Shown one piece after another: positions 11,775 to 23,626 of a stretch of DNA of 64,000 nucleotides. The notes beneath the pieces are model-generated. The model searched no databases, was not told where the DNA came from, and was given only the letters and a program-made list of their open reading frames with translations. The first letter of the stretch is position 1. Each line of letters begins with the position of its first letter. Origin of the DNA: Amoebophrya sp. A120 (lineage: Eukaryota; Protista; Dinoflagellata); the NCBI GenBank assembly GCA_905178155.1, contig CAJINV010000001.1, positions 12,956,635 to 13,020,634 of the forward strand, given 5' to 3'. The translations under genes and the position numbers were made by a program.

Positions 11775-14700
11775 TTACACAACCGCGCCGTCACTTCGTG
11801 GCGTGTCCTCTGTGTCTCCGACGTGCAATTTGGGCATGCTCGCCAGCACAGCGGAACTTGCGGTGCTGGTCCGCAAGGACGCGGCACTCCGTATGGGGCT
11901 CTCAAACGTTACATTCTCAACTGTTACATGATTTGTCATGCAAAAACACTATCACTATTCACACGACCCAGCCTGCCTTGCATGACAACTTCTCGACGCG
12001 CTACATAGCACTATAATCAGTCCCAAATCTGTAATGCAAAAGGCGCAATCTTCCTCCTGTACTTTTGCCACTCTTGCATTGCAAATTCATGTAACAGCTG
12101 AGAATGTAACGTTTGAGAACGCCATACTCCGACGGCGGAGCCCGGCGTCTCGGGAGGCGCACTGGCCCTCGTGAATGCCGAGATCGTATCAAATGCAAAA
12201 GTGTCTGGGTCTGGAAACTTGTGATGCAAGTCAGGGAAAAATGCGCATACTGTATATGCACTGCCGAGCATGACAAGTTTTTCCGTGGTTCAGAGTTGCG
12301 TACTCCGCATGAGACACTGCGTTTTTGCATGACAGGCAAGAGAAGCCCTTTGCGGCCACGCAATACAGAGCTCAGAGTCATGCCGGACTAGCATGACATA
12401 TCCCGGAATCATCCAGACCCAGACATTTTTACTTTTGATAGATCGCACGCGGGAACTATTTCGCGACACCCGCGCTGGAGGTATTTGCAATGTACGGGCC
12501 GCAGCCCACACACGCATTTCTCGTGTAGCCGCCGCGTGTTCTCATCCCGGAAAGCGCGATCGCAAAACTGGCACCTGAGCGCGAGCAAATGATCGACTGC
12601 GGGCGCGGCGGCGCGCAAGCTGGTCGTGATCGGTCGAGACACGCCGGCAGCGAAGGACTGCAGATCCTGTCCCCTCGTGGCTCGGCTTTCCAACCGGTCT
12701 GCGTTGGAAATATTTGACGAGAAAGCTGAAGGGCTCTGTCGCTGTTTCAGTTCCTCGCGATGAAAAGCGTCGAACTTTTGCCCATCTCTGACCGGGTGGA
12801 TCGCGACGGACTGAATCGCCGCATCGACCTGCGACTTAAGATCGGTGTGGTCGGCTGCGCGCGCCAGAAACTGGCATCGGTCCAGGTGCCGTGGCAATGA
12901 CGACTGGGTAAAGTTGCGGCCACACCCCGGACAGGCGTGCCACGCCTCCATCTTTTTCTGCTGGAGCGTTTGCACCCGCTGCGGATCGAACTCCGCAGGC
13001 AACGCGATCTTGCGACTCCGAAACCGCTCGACGGAGTAGGTCCCGGGGCCTGGCGCGAGGCGGCGGTCCCGGTCGATGATGCCGCGGTCGTGCAGCGTCA
13101 CCGGAATGGTGTAGCAGGGCTGCGTTTTGGTCTGCTTCACCGGGTTCGCGTACGTTCCGGGGCCCGGCGTCTCATTCCGCTCCGCGGCGAGGACGATGTA
13201 GGTTTGTCTGCCCGGTAGGGACGACGGCGTACTCGCGCCCAAACGGCCTCCGCCCGCGGTGTTGAGCTGGTGCGCGACCTGGTGGCCGTCTGTGTCTGTT
13301 CCGTTATTTTCTCCTGGTCCTGCCGAGTCTTTCGTTTTTTCCAGGGAAGTCGCGGCTGTGGAACCGGAATCTTTCTCGACCACCAGGGCTTTTATGTAAT
13401 CTGGAACCGCCGTGGCATTTTGCTCATCCGAGTTTATTTCCGCATCTACTTCTTCGCCGTCACTCCGCGGTGCGCCCTTCGTAATCGAAAAGAGTGGCGC
13501 GCTCGGACCTCGCGTCCGCTTACGGACCGTGCGGGACTCCAATCCAAGCACCGAGTCCACAGGTTCCAGGGAGAGCCAGTAGGTGTCAAAAGCCTCGTCT
13601 GTCGAGGCAGCGTAGAGGCCGCGCAGCTCTTTTTTCGTTACCACGCCGCCTCCGAGTACGCCGTCGTAGCGAAATTCCGAACGGACCGCAGTCCTCGTCC
13701 GCGAAGTAAGTCGTGTTTGCAGCCCCACAGTTTGATCAACCTGTTCACCTAGAAGTTCCTCGCTCTGATCTGTAACGACCACTGCAGTATCCCCGCCAAC
13801 TTCTGGCTCTGGCGAGAGCGCGCCCTCGTGCTGCGGTAGGGTGTCGAACCAAGCTCGCAGCTCAGCTTCGTCCGTATCGCCACCATAGGCCGCTTTGAAC
13901 TCCTCGAATGAATATTCCACCTGCTCTGGGTCCTCCGGATCGTATCTTTTCACAACTACAGCTGGAGCTAATACGGCCTCCTGGCCTGATTGTGCACCTA
14001 CTGCTCCACCTTTTACCGGTAGGCCCTGCCAGAACGCTTCGAAATCTTCCTCGGTTTCGTCTGAGTAAAACTCCCGAAACTGTTCCCGGGTGTACTCGCC
14101 CTCCTCTGGGTCCCCGGGGTCGTACCGCTTTTCGTCTTGTTGCGCGCCGGCGCCGCCGACTGCGGCAGCTGGAGGCCCTGCTCCCTCCATGCCTTCTTCG
14201 AGGACTGCATCTGCGGTGCTCGGTCGATACCAGGCGCCGTCATCCTGCTCTCCCTCCGCAGCCGCTCCTGCAGTTGCTGGCGAAGAACTCGCTCCGGCGA
14301 CGGCTATTGGCAACGACTGGTACCAGGTGTTGAACTGCGCGTCGGTCTCGTCGGGGTAGAATTCCCGAAACTCCGCGCGTGTGTAGGCTGCTTGCTCCGG
14401 GTCCTCCGGGTCCGTGCGCTTTTCCTCTGGTGTGTTAATGCCCGCGCCCCCCTCGTCGGGAGCGAACAAGAAGCTCGATGAAGGATAGCGGGAACAGCAT
14501 CTTTTTGACAACGCTTCTTTGTCACAATACTCATCCTGCAATGCCTGTTTACCATCTCGTCCGACGTTGACCACGAGGACGTCCTGATGACGAGCGAAAC
14601 CACGATCAAAATCTACCGCACCACTGCATTCACTGTTTCTTTCTGGGTAATACAGAAAAGCCGGTGGCAAACCCCTGGGCTGTATGCAATCGACCGCCCG

Positions 14701-15963
14701 AGCCTCGTTATCTGCGAACACCCGGTCGATATTGCGCTTTCCTCGCGCCGGCTGGTCACCGATTTGATGCCTCACACGACCTCCTGCGCGGGCAGCCGAG
14801 TCGGCCTCATCACTACCGACCTGCAGGTGCCCGTGGTCCAAAAAGCCACCCTCGCGCACGTCGCGGCAGCTGGCGGTAGGCATGGCTTTTCGCACGGGGT
14901 ACGCCGACACGTCGAACTGCTGCACGCCCCTGCGGTTCCGATGCTCCGCCGCGGCTTCCTGCCCGGTGTGCTGCAGCGCTATCCCGCCATCATGGTCCTG
15001 AAACCCGCCGTCTTTGTAGTCACGCCGGTACTGCTGCTTTAGCGGCGCCGATTTTGCGACTGTTAGTGGCCGCCCGAGCCGATTTTCGACTACCCCGGGC
15101 CCGCCGGATTCTCCATCTTTGAACTGGTGGAATATCGAGTAGTCGCTGTGCTCCTGGCTGAAGTCCAAGTTCCGCAGTGGGCGGGACTTATCGATGGTAG
15201 TGGCGTGAGGTTTGTGCTTGAACCAGACTTCGGCGTCTGTCTTCGCTTGGTTTTCCTGGTCCCCGATATGAAAGCCATTCCGAAAGTCGGCCGAAAAGTC
15301 CACTGTTTGTTTCTTCCGGGCATCCGGCGCAACAGCGTTGGGGCCGCTATTCGCCGGTGCGCCATCCAGGCGGCGCGTCACGTCCGTGAACTTCAACCTT
15401 TGCGACGTGGATCTCTGCTTCAACTGCTCGGTGGGGTTTGAGGAGACAGCTTCTGGCGTCCTCGGGCGCAGCCGCGCAAGTTCCGGCGGCCGCGGAGCTG
15501 ATGCTGAAGCAAGAGCAGGGTCATGGTTGATTTTTTCTGTCGGCGCCAACAGGTGGTATTCCTTGTGCCAGTCGCTCGTGTCGTTTTTGGGCGGAATCTT
15601 CACTATACCGCCGTAGTCCGGCTCCTCCCGATACCACCAATACGGGTTCGCACCCACAATGTCGGCGCTGTTTCGGTCCCTGGTCTCGTCCAGCACACTG
15701 TAGCGATCCCGCTTCACCTCAGCATTCCGATTGTTGCGGTTGTGATTTTTCTGCAGACTCTGCCCAGCTTCGTCACACCGCCCGTCCGGGTGCGGCTGAA
15801 GGCTGAGAAGATCATAATTCCGTATATTCGGATCACTCTCCTTCTCGTAGCGAAGGTGCTTGTGACGAAAATCGGTGCGGTGAAGGTCGGCCGGCTCGAA
15901 CAACGGGAGGCCCGTGTATTCCGGAACCTCGCTGTCAGGTGGGAGATCGCACTCGACCGTCAT
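11775..15963 (-). CDS. Large protein with 4 acidic 'RYDPEDP..Y..EF..FY..W..LP' repeats, 2 PGPGTY (SHIPPO-type) repeats, a C2HC zinc finger and a TRAF-like zinc finger; 3' end split by two introners
   Basis: ORF 12409..15963. After removing introners B and C the frame continues CREIVPACD-LGIHEGQCASRDAGLRRR-SAASLRTS...DGAVV* (TAA at 11775-11777), which completes the Cys/His finger. Confidence 0.8.
11892..12126 (-). mobile_element. Introner C: inverted-repeat non-canonical intron
   Basis: Terminal inverted repeat tatggggctctcaaacgttacattctcaactgttacatga matches the other end at 37/40. Direct repeat ctccg at 11887-11891 and 12127-12131. Confidence 0.92.
12187..12440 (-). mobile_element. Introner B: inverted-repeat non-canonical intron
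   Basis: Terminal inverted repeat tatcaaatgcaaaagtgtctgggtctgga matches the other end at 26/29. Direct repeat gatcg at 12182-12186 and 12441-12445. Removal restores the zinc finger. Confidence 0.92.
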
Positions 15964-16885
15964 CTTGGCGAGAAAGGCTCAACCGTCAAGAGCGCATGGA
16001 ACGCAGGAAAGATATTACAGTGCCAGGGACAACACGAATACTTCGTGAAAACAACGCCTCCTTCGAATCAGATACAAGCCGCAGGAGCTACTTCTAGCAC
16101 AATGGTGAAGGGGATTCTTCTGTTAATGGTATGGTGTAAATGAAGTTAGTGCTACTTGTGTGCGTCGCAACTGATTGTAAATTACTTATTCACTTTGTTG
16201 ATGCGAGTGCGACGTAAACGAGGCACACGACGTGACCCGTCGCACGCGCAGCTTTCACTGGAAAATGAACGACCGCAAGCCGAATACGAAGTGGAAACAA
16301 GCTTGCAATACATGGATAAGGTAACAGGAAGGTGCAGAAGCACGACGAATGAACTGTGTTGCACGACACGACACATTGTGTAGAACGACTAAAACATCCT
16401 GGCTGAGGGTCCATCGCCTTCTCCTTTCTTTTGTTGCTGGACGAAGAAGAAATGGAAATGGATTCAGCTGCGCTCTACTACACAATGAACGAGGACCGAA
16501 TTACGGTTGAACCGCAGCTACTGTTGCGCATTTTCACTTTTAGACTTTTACAACGACAGGGATAACCTTATTGCATGGCATGAACGATGAAAACACCGGA
16601 AACTCTTAACGAAACTCTTGCCTTGCAGCTGTTTACGAAATTTGCAAGAGCACCAATGGATGAATGGCGAACCTTTATCTCCGAACACAGTCGCTCTTTC
16701 GTACGAAGAGCGAAAGCTACGCCTTTCGGGCATAGTGGCGAGCTAAGCACTACTACTGCGCCTGTGTGTATGAGGAACTTCTTCTGCGAATATTAGGACA
16801 AAGACATATGGAGGACATTCACATGTCGTGTCTGCATGCTAGCACCACTGGCAACAGCGAGCTGAAAGTAGAACCCCGATCGAAT

Positions 16886-17489
16886 TTACTTCAGCACGGT
16901 GACCTTCCTGCGTCCCTTGATTTCCTTCTTCTCGAGGGAAGGAGTCAAAGACTGCGCCAAGCGGTCCGCCTTCGTCTTGTCCTTGACAACCAGAGTGTAC
17001 CTGAAATTTTGATTTTGTTGGATATTTAGATCGATCGAGGACGAGGACGTTTCGATGTTGGCCTCAGTCATGCTACAACTCTCTCAGCAATAGGCGTCGA
17101 AACCGAGTAAAGCAAATCAAACTTCGAGTAAAACTCGTGCGGGTCTGCAAAATTGGTTTAGGTTTCCTTTCGACGAAAAGCACACCTTCCCTCTTAAGCT
17201 ACTCATACCGACACTCTACTGCGTATTTCGCCATGTTGCTCTACACGGCAGTGAAGATGAATATGGAAAAATGCGCCAGCACTGTCTTTAAATTGTCCAA
17301 AAGTTATCTCGAAAGGCAAGGAAAAGCAAAATGTGCATATTCATACAGGTAGCGGGAGCAGCGAATCTTGAACTTGGTGACGACGTTGCCGCTGGACTGC
17401 TCCGGACTCTTCAGGATGATCACCTTCTTGGCATCCTTTCGGCGGGAGTGCTGCAAGAAAGTGCGGATTTCCTTGATTTCCTTCGGCAT
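16886..17489 (-). CDS. RPL38: 60S ribosomal protein eL38, 2 exons (17489-17347, 17000-16886)
   Basis: [18 protein letters not shown]...[10 protein letters not shown]|[18 protein letters not shown]; canonical GTATGA...TTTCAG intron 17346-17001. Confidence 0.96.
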
Positions 17490-17634
17490 CTTTTAGTTTT
17501 GGTTTCCGAAATGATTTGTCCTACTATGCAGAAGAATTCTCCTCTGAAGTTCCCTGTGGTTTTTGTTTCCACGGTGACAAAAATTGGTTGGCGAAAAAAA
17601 TATACATTTATGACAGGGAGGTGTCCGTGGTTTT

Positions 17635-18300
17635 ACCGATCTTCTTTCACAGTGAGCATTTTTCCACGAATCTCATATCAGCCGATCCTTTGTCCGGATG
17701 TGCATTCTGATCTCCAGATATCTAAAGAAGCAGATCTGGCGGAAGATTTAGATTTTCGCCTTTTTTAGAACCCGATCGCTTTCGAATTGATTTTGATCCT
17801 GTTGTGCCTGCACATGATCCGAAATGACTCTCATGAATTTCAATTTCTCATTCTCTTGTCTCTTTTGAATTTGATTTTGATCTCATGTGCCGTCTGCAAT
17901 TTGAATTTCTTTCACCACTGAGACAAGATCGAAGGAGGCTTTGGAGATTCTCCTCCGATGGATCTTTTAAGGAACAAAAATCTTCGCTCGAAATAATACA
18001 TTGCCTAGGGTGCATAACTCAGCGTGTTCTGTACAAAATCTAGCTCAGGCACATTTCATGATGTCAATCACATTGACCTTGACACCATGGAAAAGCACTC
18101 AGGCGTCAGGAGATGCAGGGTGAACAACATCTGGCGCAATCACTTTAGATGCGACAAGTTTTTTTGATCACGAATTCGTCCCCGTCTGTTCACTCTTTCG
18201 ATCCAGGAAATTGCCGCGTCTAGTTCTTGCAAGTCAGATGATGGAGCCTGATCTCCTAGAAAGACGATCGCTACAATCTAAATTGCGACTGCGCGATCTC
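17635..18300. promoter_or_regulatory. GATC-dense island between the eS31 and eL38 genes (upstream of RPL38)
   Basis: About 15 GATC in 660 bp by hand count, 10 of them in the 330 bp nearest RPL38. Confidence 0.5.
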
Positions 18301-18483
18301 TCTCGTTTCCGTCGTTGAAAAAGCCACTCAATCATCATCTATTTTCATCTTCGCCGCACACGGACTCAAAATAGAGAGAAAAACATCAACTGCCAAGCAG
18401 TTGCAGCTCATCTTCCGTAAATTCGACACGCCTTCCGTGCGCCGTCACGACATCGGAGTTCCTCCGAAGTTTAAATTTGGTGT

Positions 18484-19147
18484 CTACTTCTCCTCCTCCT
18501 TGTTGAACATGAAGGTGAGCCCCGACTTCCCGCAGTGGTATCGGTTGTGGTGCATGGCCATGAAGACGCCAGCTCCGGCGATCGGGCTCTCCTTACGTAA
18601 GCGGGTCACCTTTCCATCGCCGCCGACCTAAACCAGAAATTTAGATTTAGATGTCATAGTACTAGCTCTTCATCAACATGCTCGGCTTTTGGAGCTCACA
18701 AGCAAATCACTTTTTGAAACTACTAAATGTGGCATCGTGGACGAATCCGAATCTGTCGTTCCTAGCTAATAGCTTGTCCGTTTATGATGACCCTATGATC
18801 ACAGCAGAAGGTGAAGTACGTATTGTTATTGGTTTTACCTTGTAGTATTTCAGCACTGCGAGCTTGACCTTCTTGTGCTTGTGCTTGATCTTCTTCGGCT
18901 TGGTGTACTGCTTCTTCTTGCGCTTCTTTCCCGCACCGAGCAGGTCGACGTTGACGTCGACAGTGCACTCCTCTTGCAACACATCCCCGACGAAGGCATC
19001 CTCCGGAATGTCCTTACCCGCGTAGGACAAGTGGAGATTTTCCTCAACATCCAACGTGGAAATCAACTCACCCACGGTTGCCTTCTCGTCGATGCAACGC
19101 ACCTGGGAGGTGCCGTCGACACCACGCACAAAAACCTGCATCGGCAT
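18484..19147 (-). CDS. RPS27A: Ubiquitin-like / 40S ribosomal protein eS31 (S27a) fusion, 2 exons (19147-18839, 18627-18484)
   Basis: [31 protein letters not shown]|[39 protein letters not shown]; canonical GT-AG intron 18838-18628; divergent Ubl N-terminus MQVFVRG... Confidence 0.95.
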
Positions 19148-20035
19148 AGCTCTGCAAAGAAATGATCCGACTAGGTGTAAGAGAGGTTCGATAGAAACAA
19201 ATAAACGGGAAAAATCCTAGGACCACAGCGAACCGGGGCGGACTGAAGAGTCAAGTGAGGAGCACAATGTTGATTTTGTTTTTCCAGTTTCAAATTGAAT
19301 GATGAAGAAGAGCCAATAACCGGCACTGAACCCGCAGCGCGATCTTCAGCAGTACAGCGCAAGCCGAAGCTTTAAATTTAGGTGCGTTCGTGCATGATCG
19401 TTCTTGTTCCATAATACCCATGCTCGACGTCCGAAGTGAGATCCATTAGCTAGTAGCGCATCGGAAGATGCTACTTCCACTCGCTGCAAGATACAGATGA
19501 TACACACATATACATATTACGAATACGCTACCAGGGCACTTGATCTTTCATCTCCTCGAAATGGATCTTAAAAAACTCAGCAACTGTACCAGAATAGGGG
19601 GAACAAAGAGTACACAGGATCTTCCACACATCGACATCTTCTACTAGACCAGAAATCCTTATTCATCGACGCTGGTAGTGTGCACCCTAAACTAATGATC
19701 GGTTTGCTGCCCTCAACTCCTTCAACTGTAGTCACACGACGAGCCATTACCTTTGCTTCCAAATCCAATAGGAGTGTCACGGCTTTTGCTTTACTGCTCG
19801 CAGACATTATTCACGACAGAGAGTTCAAAGATAAAGTCCATACGCAAGAGTGAATGCGTAGCGCAGCTTTCACATTCATATTCGCTGCCGAAAAGATAAA
19901 GAAAGTGGTAGTTCTAGTTGTAGCTCATTGATTCGTTTGCAAAAAAGACAGGATGCAGACGAGTTGCCATTCTTCATTCAGCACGGAATCAGTCGCCAAC
20001 ACTGAAACATTCGCGGTGGGTACGTCCCCTCAAAC

Positions 20036-23000
20036 TTACGACCGCATTCCTGCCCTCCCGCCCTGCTGCAATGGATTTTGCAGGTTCTCGCGCAATACAC
20101 GCCCTTGGAACTGCCTCTGGATGTGCTGTCTCGCCTCCCGATCGCGATTCATCTGCGTCGCAGATCCTCGTGCCGCTGCAGCACCTTCGCTGACGAAGTA
20201 ACTCCTCCCAGCTGTCGAGCCTCCGGCCCCTGCGCCGCTTCCACGCCGCTGTGCGGGCGGCAGCACGTAAGAGCGCGGGTCGGTGACAGAGTACGTGCCG
20301 ACTGTGCTGTCGGGCGGAGGCGGTGCGGAGCATTTGCTCATGCAGGTCATCTCGTTTACCGCGTCGAGTTCCTCCCAGTAGTCTTCTAACGTCTGCAGTC
20401 CCTGCTCAAGCACCACGTCGACCACATCCTCGCCGTCGTACGTGGCCCTGTTTTTCAGATGTGCGTTCACCGAGGCGGACCGCGGCTCGGGGACCCGCTG
20501 CTTCACCGGCGAGAGGCCCTCACGCTCGATGTACGCGTCCGCCGCCGCCAGGGCCTTTTCCGCCCAGTCGGTTTCGGACCAGTCGGTTCCCGTGGGCGCA
20601 GGCAGCGGCTGCAGCGCAACGGGGCGAGCCAAGGCCAGCTGCAGTGCCTCCTGCTGCTCTTCTTGCTCCATGCGGAGCTGCGCCGAAGTCGTCCTCGCGC
20701 CAGCTGTGGTTGATTTTGGCACGGCGTGCTGATCCAAAATGTTGGGATCCTCGGAGACCACCTGCAAAATCGCTTTGCCTGGCCGCGAAGGCACAAACGG
20801 CGGCTGCTCTCCGTACCGCGTTTCGTTCAGCGTCTCAATGTCTCCCGTTGCGAGGTAATTCTCCAAGAAGTGCGAGTCGTGCTCTGCCCGGGACGCCGAC
20901 GTCATGAATGTGTGCTCTGCAGCCCGGTCGCCGGCTGTCTCTGCGCTCATAAACACTTCTTCCCCGCGCCGCTTGATGTTGTTCCCCGCAGCACTAACGA
21001 GATCATCCTTGCCGGGTCGCGCCTCCCCATGATCGGCTACCCTGCTGTTTTCGTCCCCCGGTGCGGAGACTTTGCTCTGTGAAAGCAAATCTTCCCTGCT
21101 GGCACTTCTTCCCTCACCACCCTCGGCACCGCGCTCCTCTTGGTCTTCTGGAACAAAACCGTCCATGCTGTAGGCATCGCTCGTCGTCTCGCCCCCCGTG
21201 GTTCGGTTGAAAGGAGGGTCCGCCGCCTGGTGTGACCCCTCGAAGAGAAAAAGCGTGTTTGTGTAGAAGCTCCATGGAGTACTAGAGAGTTCCAGCTCCT
21301 GCTCCCGCTCGCAGAACGCCACGTGTTGACCTGCAATTTTTATTCCACCACTGCCACTCAACATCGGTGCGCCGCAATCGTTGTGTTCAGGAAAACTTTC
21401 ATCGATCTCCTCTGGAAGTCCGTCTCCGTCCGATTCTGCATCGAGTAGAAGCTCCAGAATCTCGTCGTCAAACACTTCGACCTCTGCGCTTGCATCCGCG
21501 GAGGTAGCACCATCTCCCTGGGCGAAAAAGCAGCGATCTTGAGGATCTTCATTCTTTGCCCTGTCATCTTGTCTACGTCTCGCTGACGAGGTGGACGCCA
21601 GCGTCTTCGAGGCATTTTTACCAAGCGTCGTGACCATTTCATCTTCGGCTCGACCTTGTTCGTGCTCCATTCGGTCCACGATTGTGCCCTTCACGGAAAG
21701 GTCTTGTTCTTCTATGTGCACTTCGTCGAAACTCAGCGCCGATTCTTCACTCTGGTGCACGCCCTCCAGGAACACCATGTCCTTTTGCTCCTGTGTTGCA
21801 GCAACGTTAACGGAGTCGGGATTTTGTTCGACAGTGTCTGCAGCAGCCATCTTTTTCAACCTGACGAATTCTGCGAGTTCAGCGTGCATTTCCGCGTCCG
21901 GATCGTACTTCTTTTCTGTAAGCGCTGCGTTTCCGCGGTGGCGCGACCGCGGTGATACTGATTTCTTGTCTCGCTTACTTGGTGACGTCGCAGAGCCGCC
22001 GGCTCCACCACCACCGCCCGCAGCTGACAGAGGATCAACGTCGTGCACCAGCTCTGTGAAGGCAGGTTTAGACGAGACAGCAGTTTCTTTCTCTTCACCC
22101 AGACTGTTGTCCGCTGGCTCTTCTTGTTCTTCCAGAATGTTGACTATGCGTGGCGTCCGCGGAGGGCGTTCTTTCCAGTACCGTCGATAGGGTTTGACGT
22201 GCACCAAATCGGGGTCGGCGGGACCCCACACTATGGTCCCGTCCTCGCCTGAGCCGAAGCGCGTGCGGCCGACGCCATACCCATCCTCTCCACCGCTTTC
22301 GCCCGGAGCTGCATAATTCAGCAAGGCTGGCGCAGGAGCAACATTGGGAAGATTCCCCGGTAACGCCCGTTCCGCCGCGTTGAGCAACTCGATTTTTCGT
22401 AGCACCACCTCCCTTCGTTCCCGCAAATCCTCCTGTTCGCGCTCCAGACGCTTCAACAGCCGTGTTGTTTTCGACCGCTGGAGCAACTTCCCGCAGCACA
22501 GCAAAACTAGACCCAGGACCGCGATGGGCCGCACGCCGCAGTTTCGAACGAGGTTGAACAGAGGGTATTCGTAGAACCCCCGCGGGCGGGTGTTCTCGAA
22601 GACGTCGCTGAACTGCCGGATAAAACGCGTCTCCACCAAATCATGGTTCTTGAAGGCGAAACCATGCCCGAAGTACTCGCGGAAGTGCTCATAATTTTGT
22701 TCGCCCTGCTGTTGACCCTCGCGGGTCAGACTGAAAAGAGTTTTGTAGTCGTCTGCCGCCTGCGGCGCGTAGTACCCGTCGTTGTGGAATTTGTAGGAAT
22801 CAGCGCGGAGAATGAGGGCCAAAATTTCCAATCTCGCATCCAGAGATGATGAACTACTGGACGAGGTCTCGTCCTGATCGGTTGTAGAATTTCCCAGCGC
22901 CAGCCCGCTCCCAATTTCATCGTGCTTGCGCTGCAACACCTTGCCGGCCACCGCGATGGCGTGGTCGTAGTAGCCGCCCATGTGGAGGAAAATCCCGACG

Positions 23001-23626
23001 AGCACGTCGATCAAATCGTGGTAGTCCGCAGACTGGTGCACGCAGCGCTGGAAGGCCTCGTTGGCCTGCGCCGTGTCGTTCATTTTCGAAAACAACACGC
23101 CCTGAAAAAAGTACACGACGGGGGAGTTAGGACACACCGCGAGGGCCATAATCGTCTCGGCGACCCCCTGTTCGAACTTACCGAGGATGCTCAGGCAAAT
23201 CACGCGGCGGACCAGCAGGTCGTGTGCGACGGGAAAGTACCGGTCCAGGTCCGGGAGGAAGCGGAAGAACTCGTAGGCCACGGCGTAGAAATCCATAGCT
23301 TTCAGGTATTCCTTGCGGTCAAAAAACGCGTTGGCCTCGCAGATGGCGCGCTCCACCGAAACCAGGTCGTAGTCGAAGTCGTTGCCGAACCCGCTCATGT
23401 AATCGATCACCAACTCGCTGACGCCGGGCAGTTGCGGGACAAACCGGCGCACGCCCCCGTACGGCGGCAACGCGGCAGTCCGCTTCGCTGCCAAGACCAA
23501 CTCCTGCCTGGGGTTCACCAGGAGTTCTTGGTCGAGGTGATCACCCTGATACGCTGGATTCATCGCGTCCGCAAGCTTTCCCACTCCACGGGCAGACGAG
23601 GGAGGCGCTTCGATTTCGTCCATCAA
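20036..23626 (-). CDS. TPR-repeat protein with a long acidic disordered C-terminus
   Basis: 1196-aa ORF with TPR-like helices (EANAFFDRKEYLKAMDFYAVA; VYFFQGVLFSKMNDTAQANEAFQRCV). Confidence 0.8.
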   Translation of the reverse strand: MMDEIEAPPSSARGVGKLADAMNPAYQGDHLDQELLVNPRQELVLAAKRTAALPPYGGVRRFVPQLPGVSELVIDYMSGFGNDFDYDLVSVERAICEANAFFDRKEYLKAMDFYAVAYEFFRFLPDLDRYFPVAHDLLVRRVICLSILGKFEQGVAETIMALAVCPNSPVVYFFQGVLFSKMNDTAQANEAFQRCVHQSADYHDLIDVLVGIFLHMGGYYDHAIAVAGKVLQRKHDEIGSGLALGNSTTDQDETSSSSSSSLDARLEILALILRADSYKFHNDGYYAPQAADDYKTLFSLTREGQQQGEQNYEHFREYFGHGFAFKNHDLVETRFIRQFSDVFENTRPRGFYEYPLFNLVRNCGVRPIAVLGLVLLCCGKLLQRSKTTRLLKRLEREQEDLRERREVVLRKIELLNAAERALPGNLPNVAPAPALLNYAAPGESGGEDGYGVGRTRFGSGEDGTIVWGPADPDLVHVKPYRRYWKERPPRTPRIVNILEEQEEPADNSLGEEKETAVSSKPAFTELVHDVDPLSAAGGGGGAGGSATSPSKRDKKSVSPRSRHRGNAALTEKKYDPDAEMHAELAEFVRLKKMAAADTVEQNPDSVNVAATQEQKDMVFLEGVHQSEESALSFDEVHIEEQDLSVKGTIVDRMEHEQGRAEDEMVTTLGKNASKTLASTSSARRRQDDRAKNEDPQDRCFFAQGDGATSADASAEVEVFDDEILELLLDAESDGDGLPEEIDESFPEHNDCGAPMLSGSGGIKIAGQHVAFCEREQELELSSTPWSFYTNTLFLFEGSHQAADPPFNRTTGGETTSDAYSMDGFVPEDQEERGAEGGEGRSASREDLLSQSKVSAPGDENSRVADHGEARPGKDDLVSAAGNNIKRRGEEVFMSAETAGDRAAEHTFMTSASRAEHDSHFLENYLATGDIETLNETRYGEQPPFVPSRPGKAILQVVSEDPNILDQHAVPKSTTAGARTTSAQLRMEQEEQQEALQLALARPVALQPLPAPTGTDWSETDWAEKALAAADAYIEREGLSPVKQRVPEPRSASVNAHLKNRATYDGEDVVDVVLEQGLQTLEDYWEELDAVNEMTCMSKCSAPPPPDSTVGTYSVTDPRSYVLPPAQRRGSGAGAGGSTAGRSYFVSEGAAAARGSATQMNRDREARQHIQRQFQGRVLRENLQNPLQQGGRAGMRS

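Noticed and set aside
11892-12440. Repeats initially suggesting a CRISPR array or tandem repeat
   Set aside because: They are two independent inverted-repeat pairs with no repeat-spacer periodicity and no cas genes.
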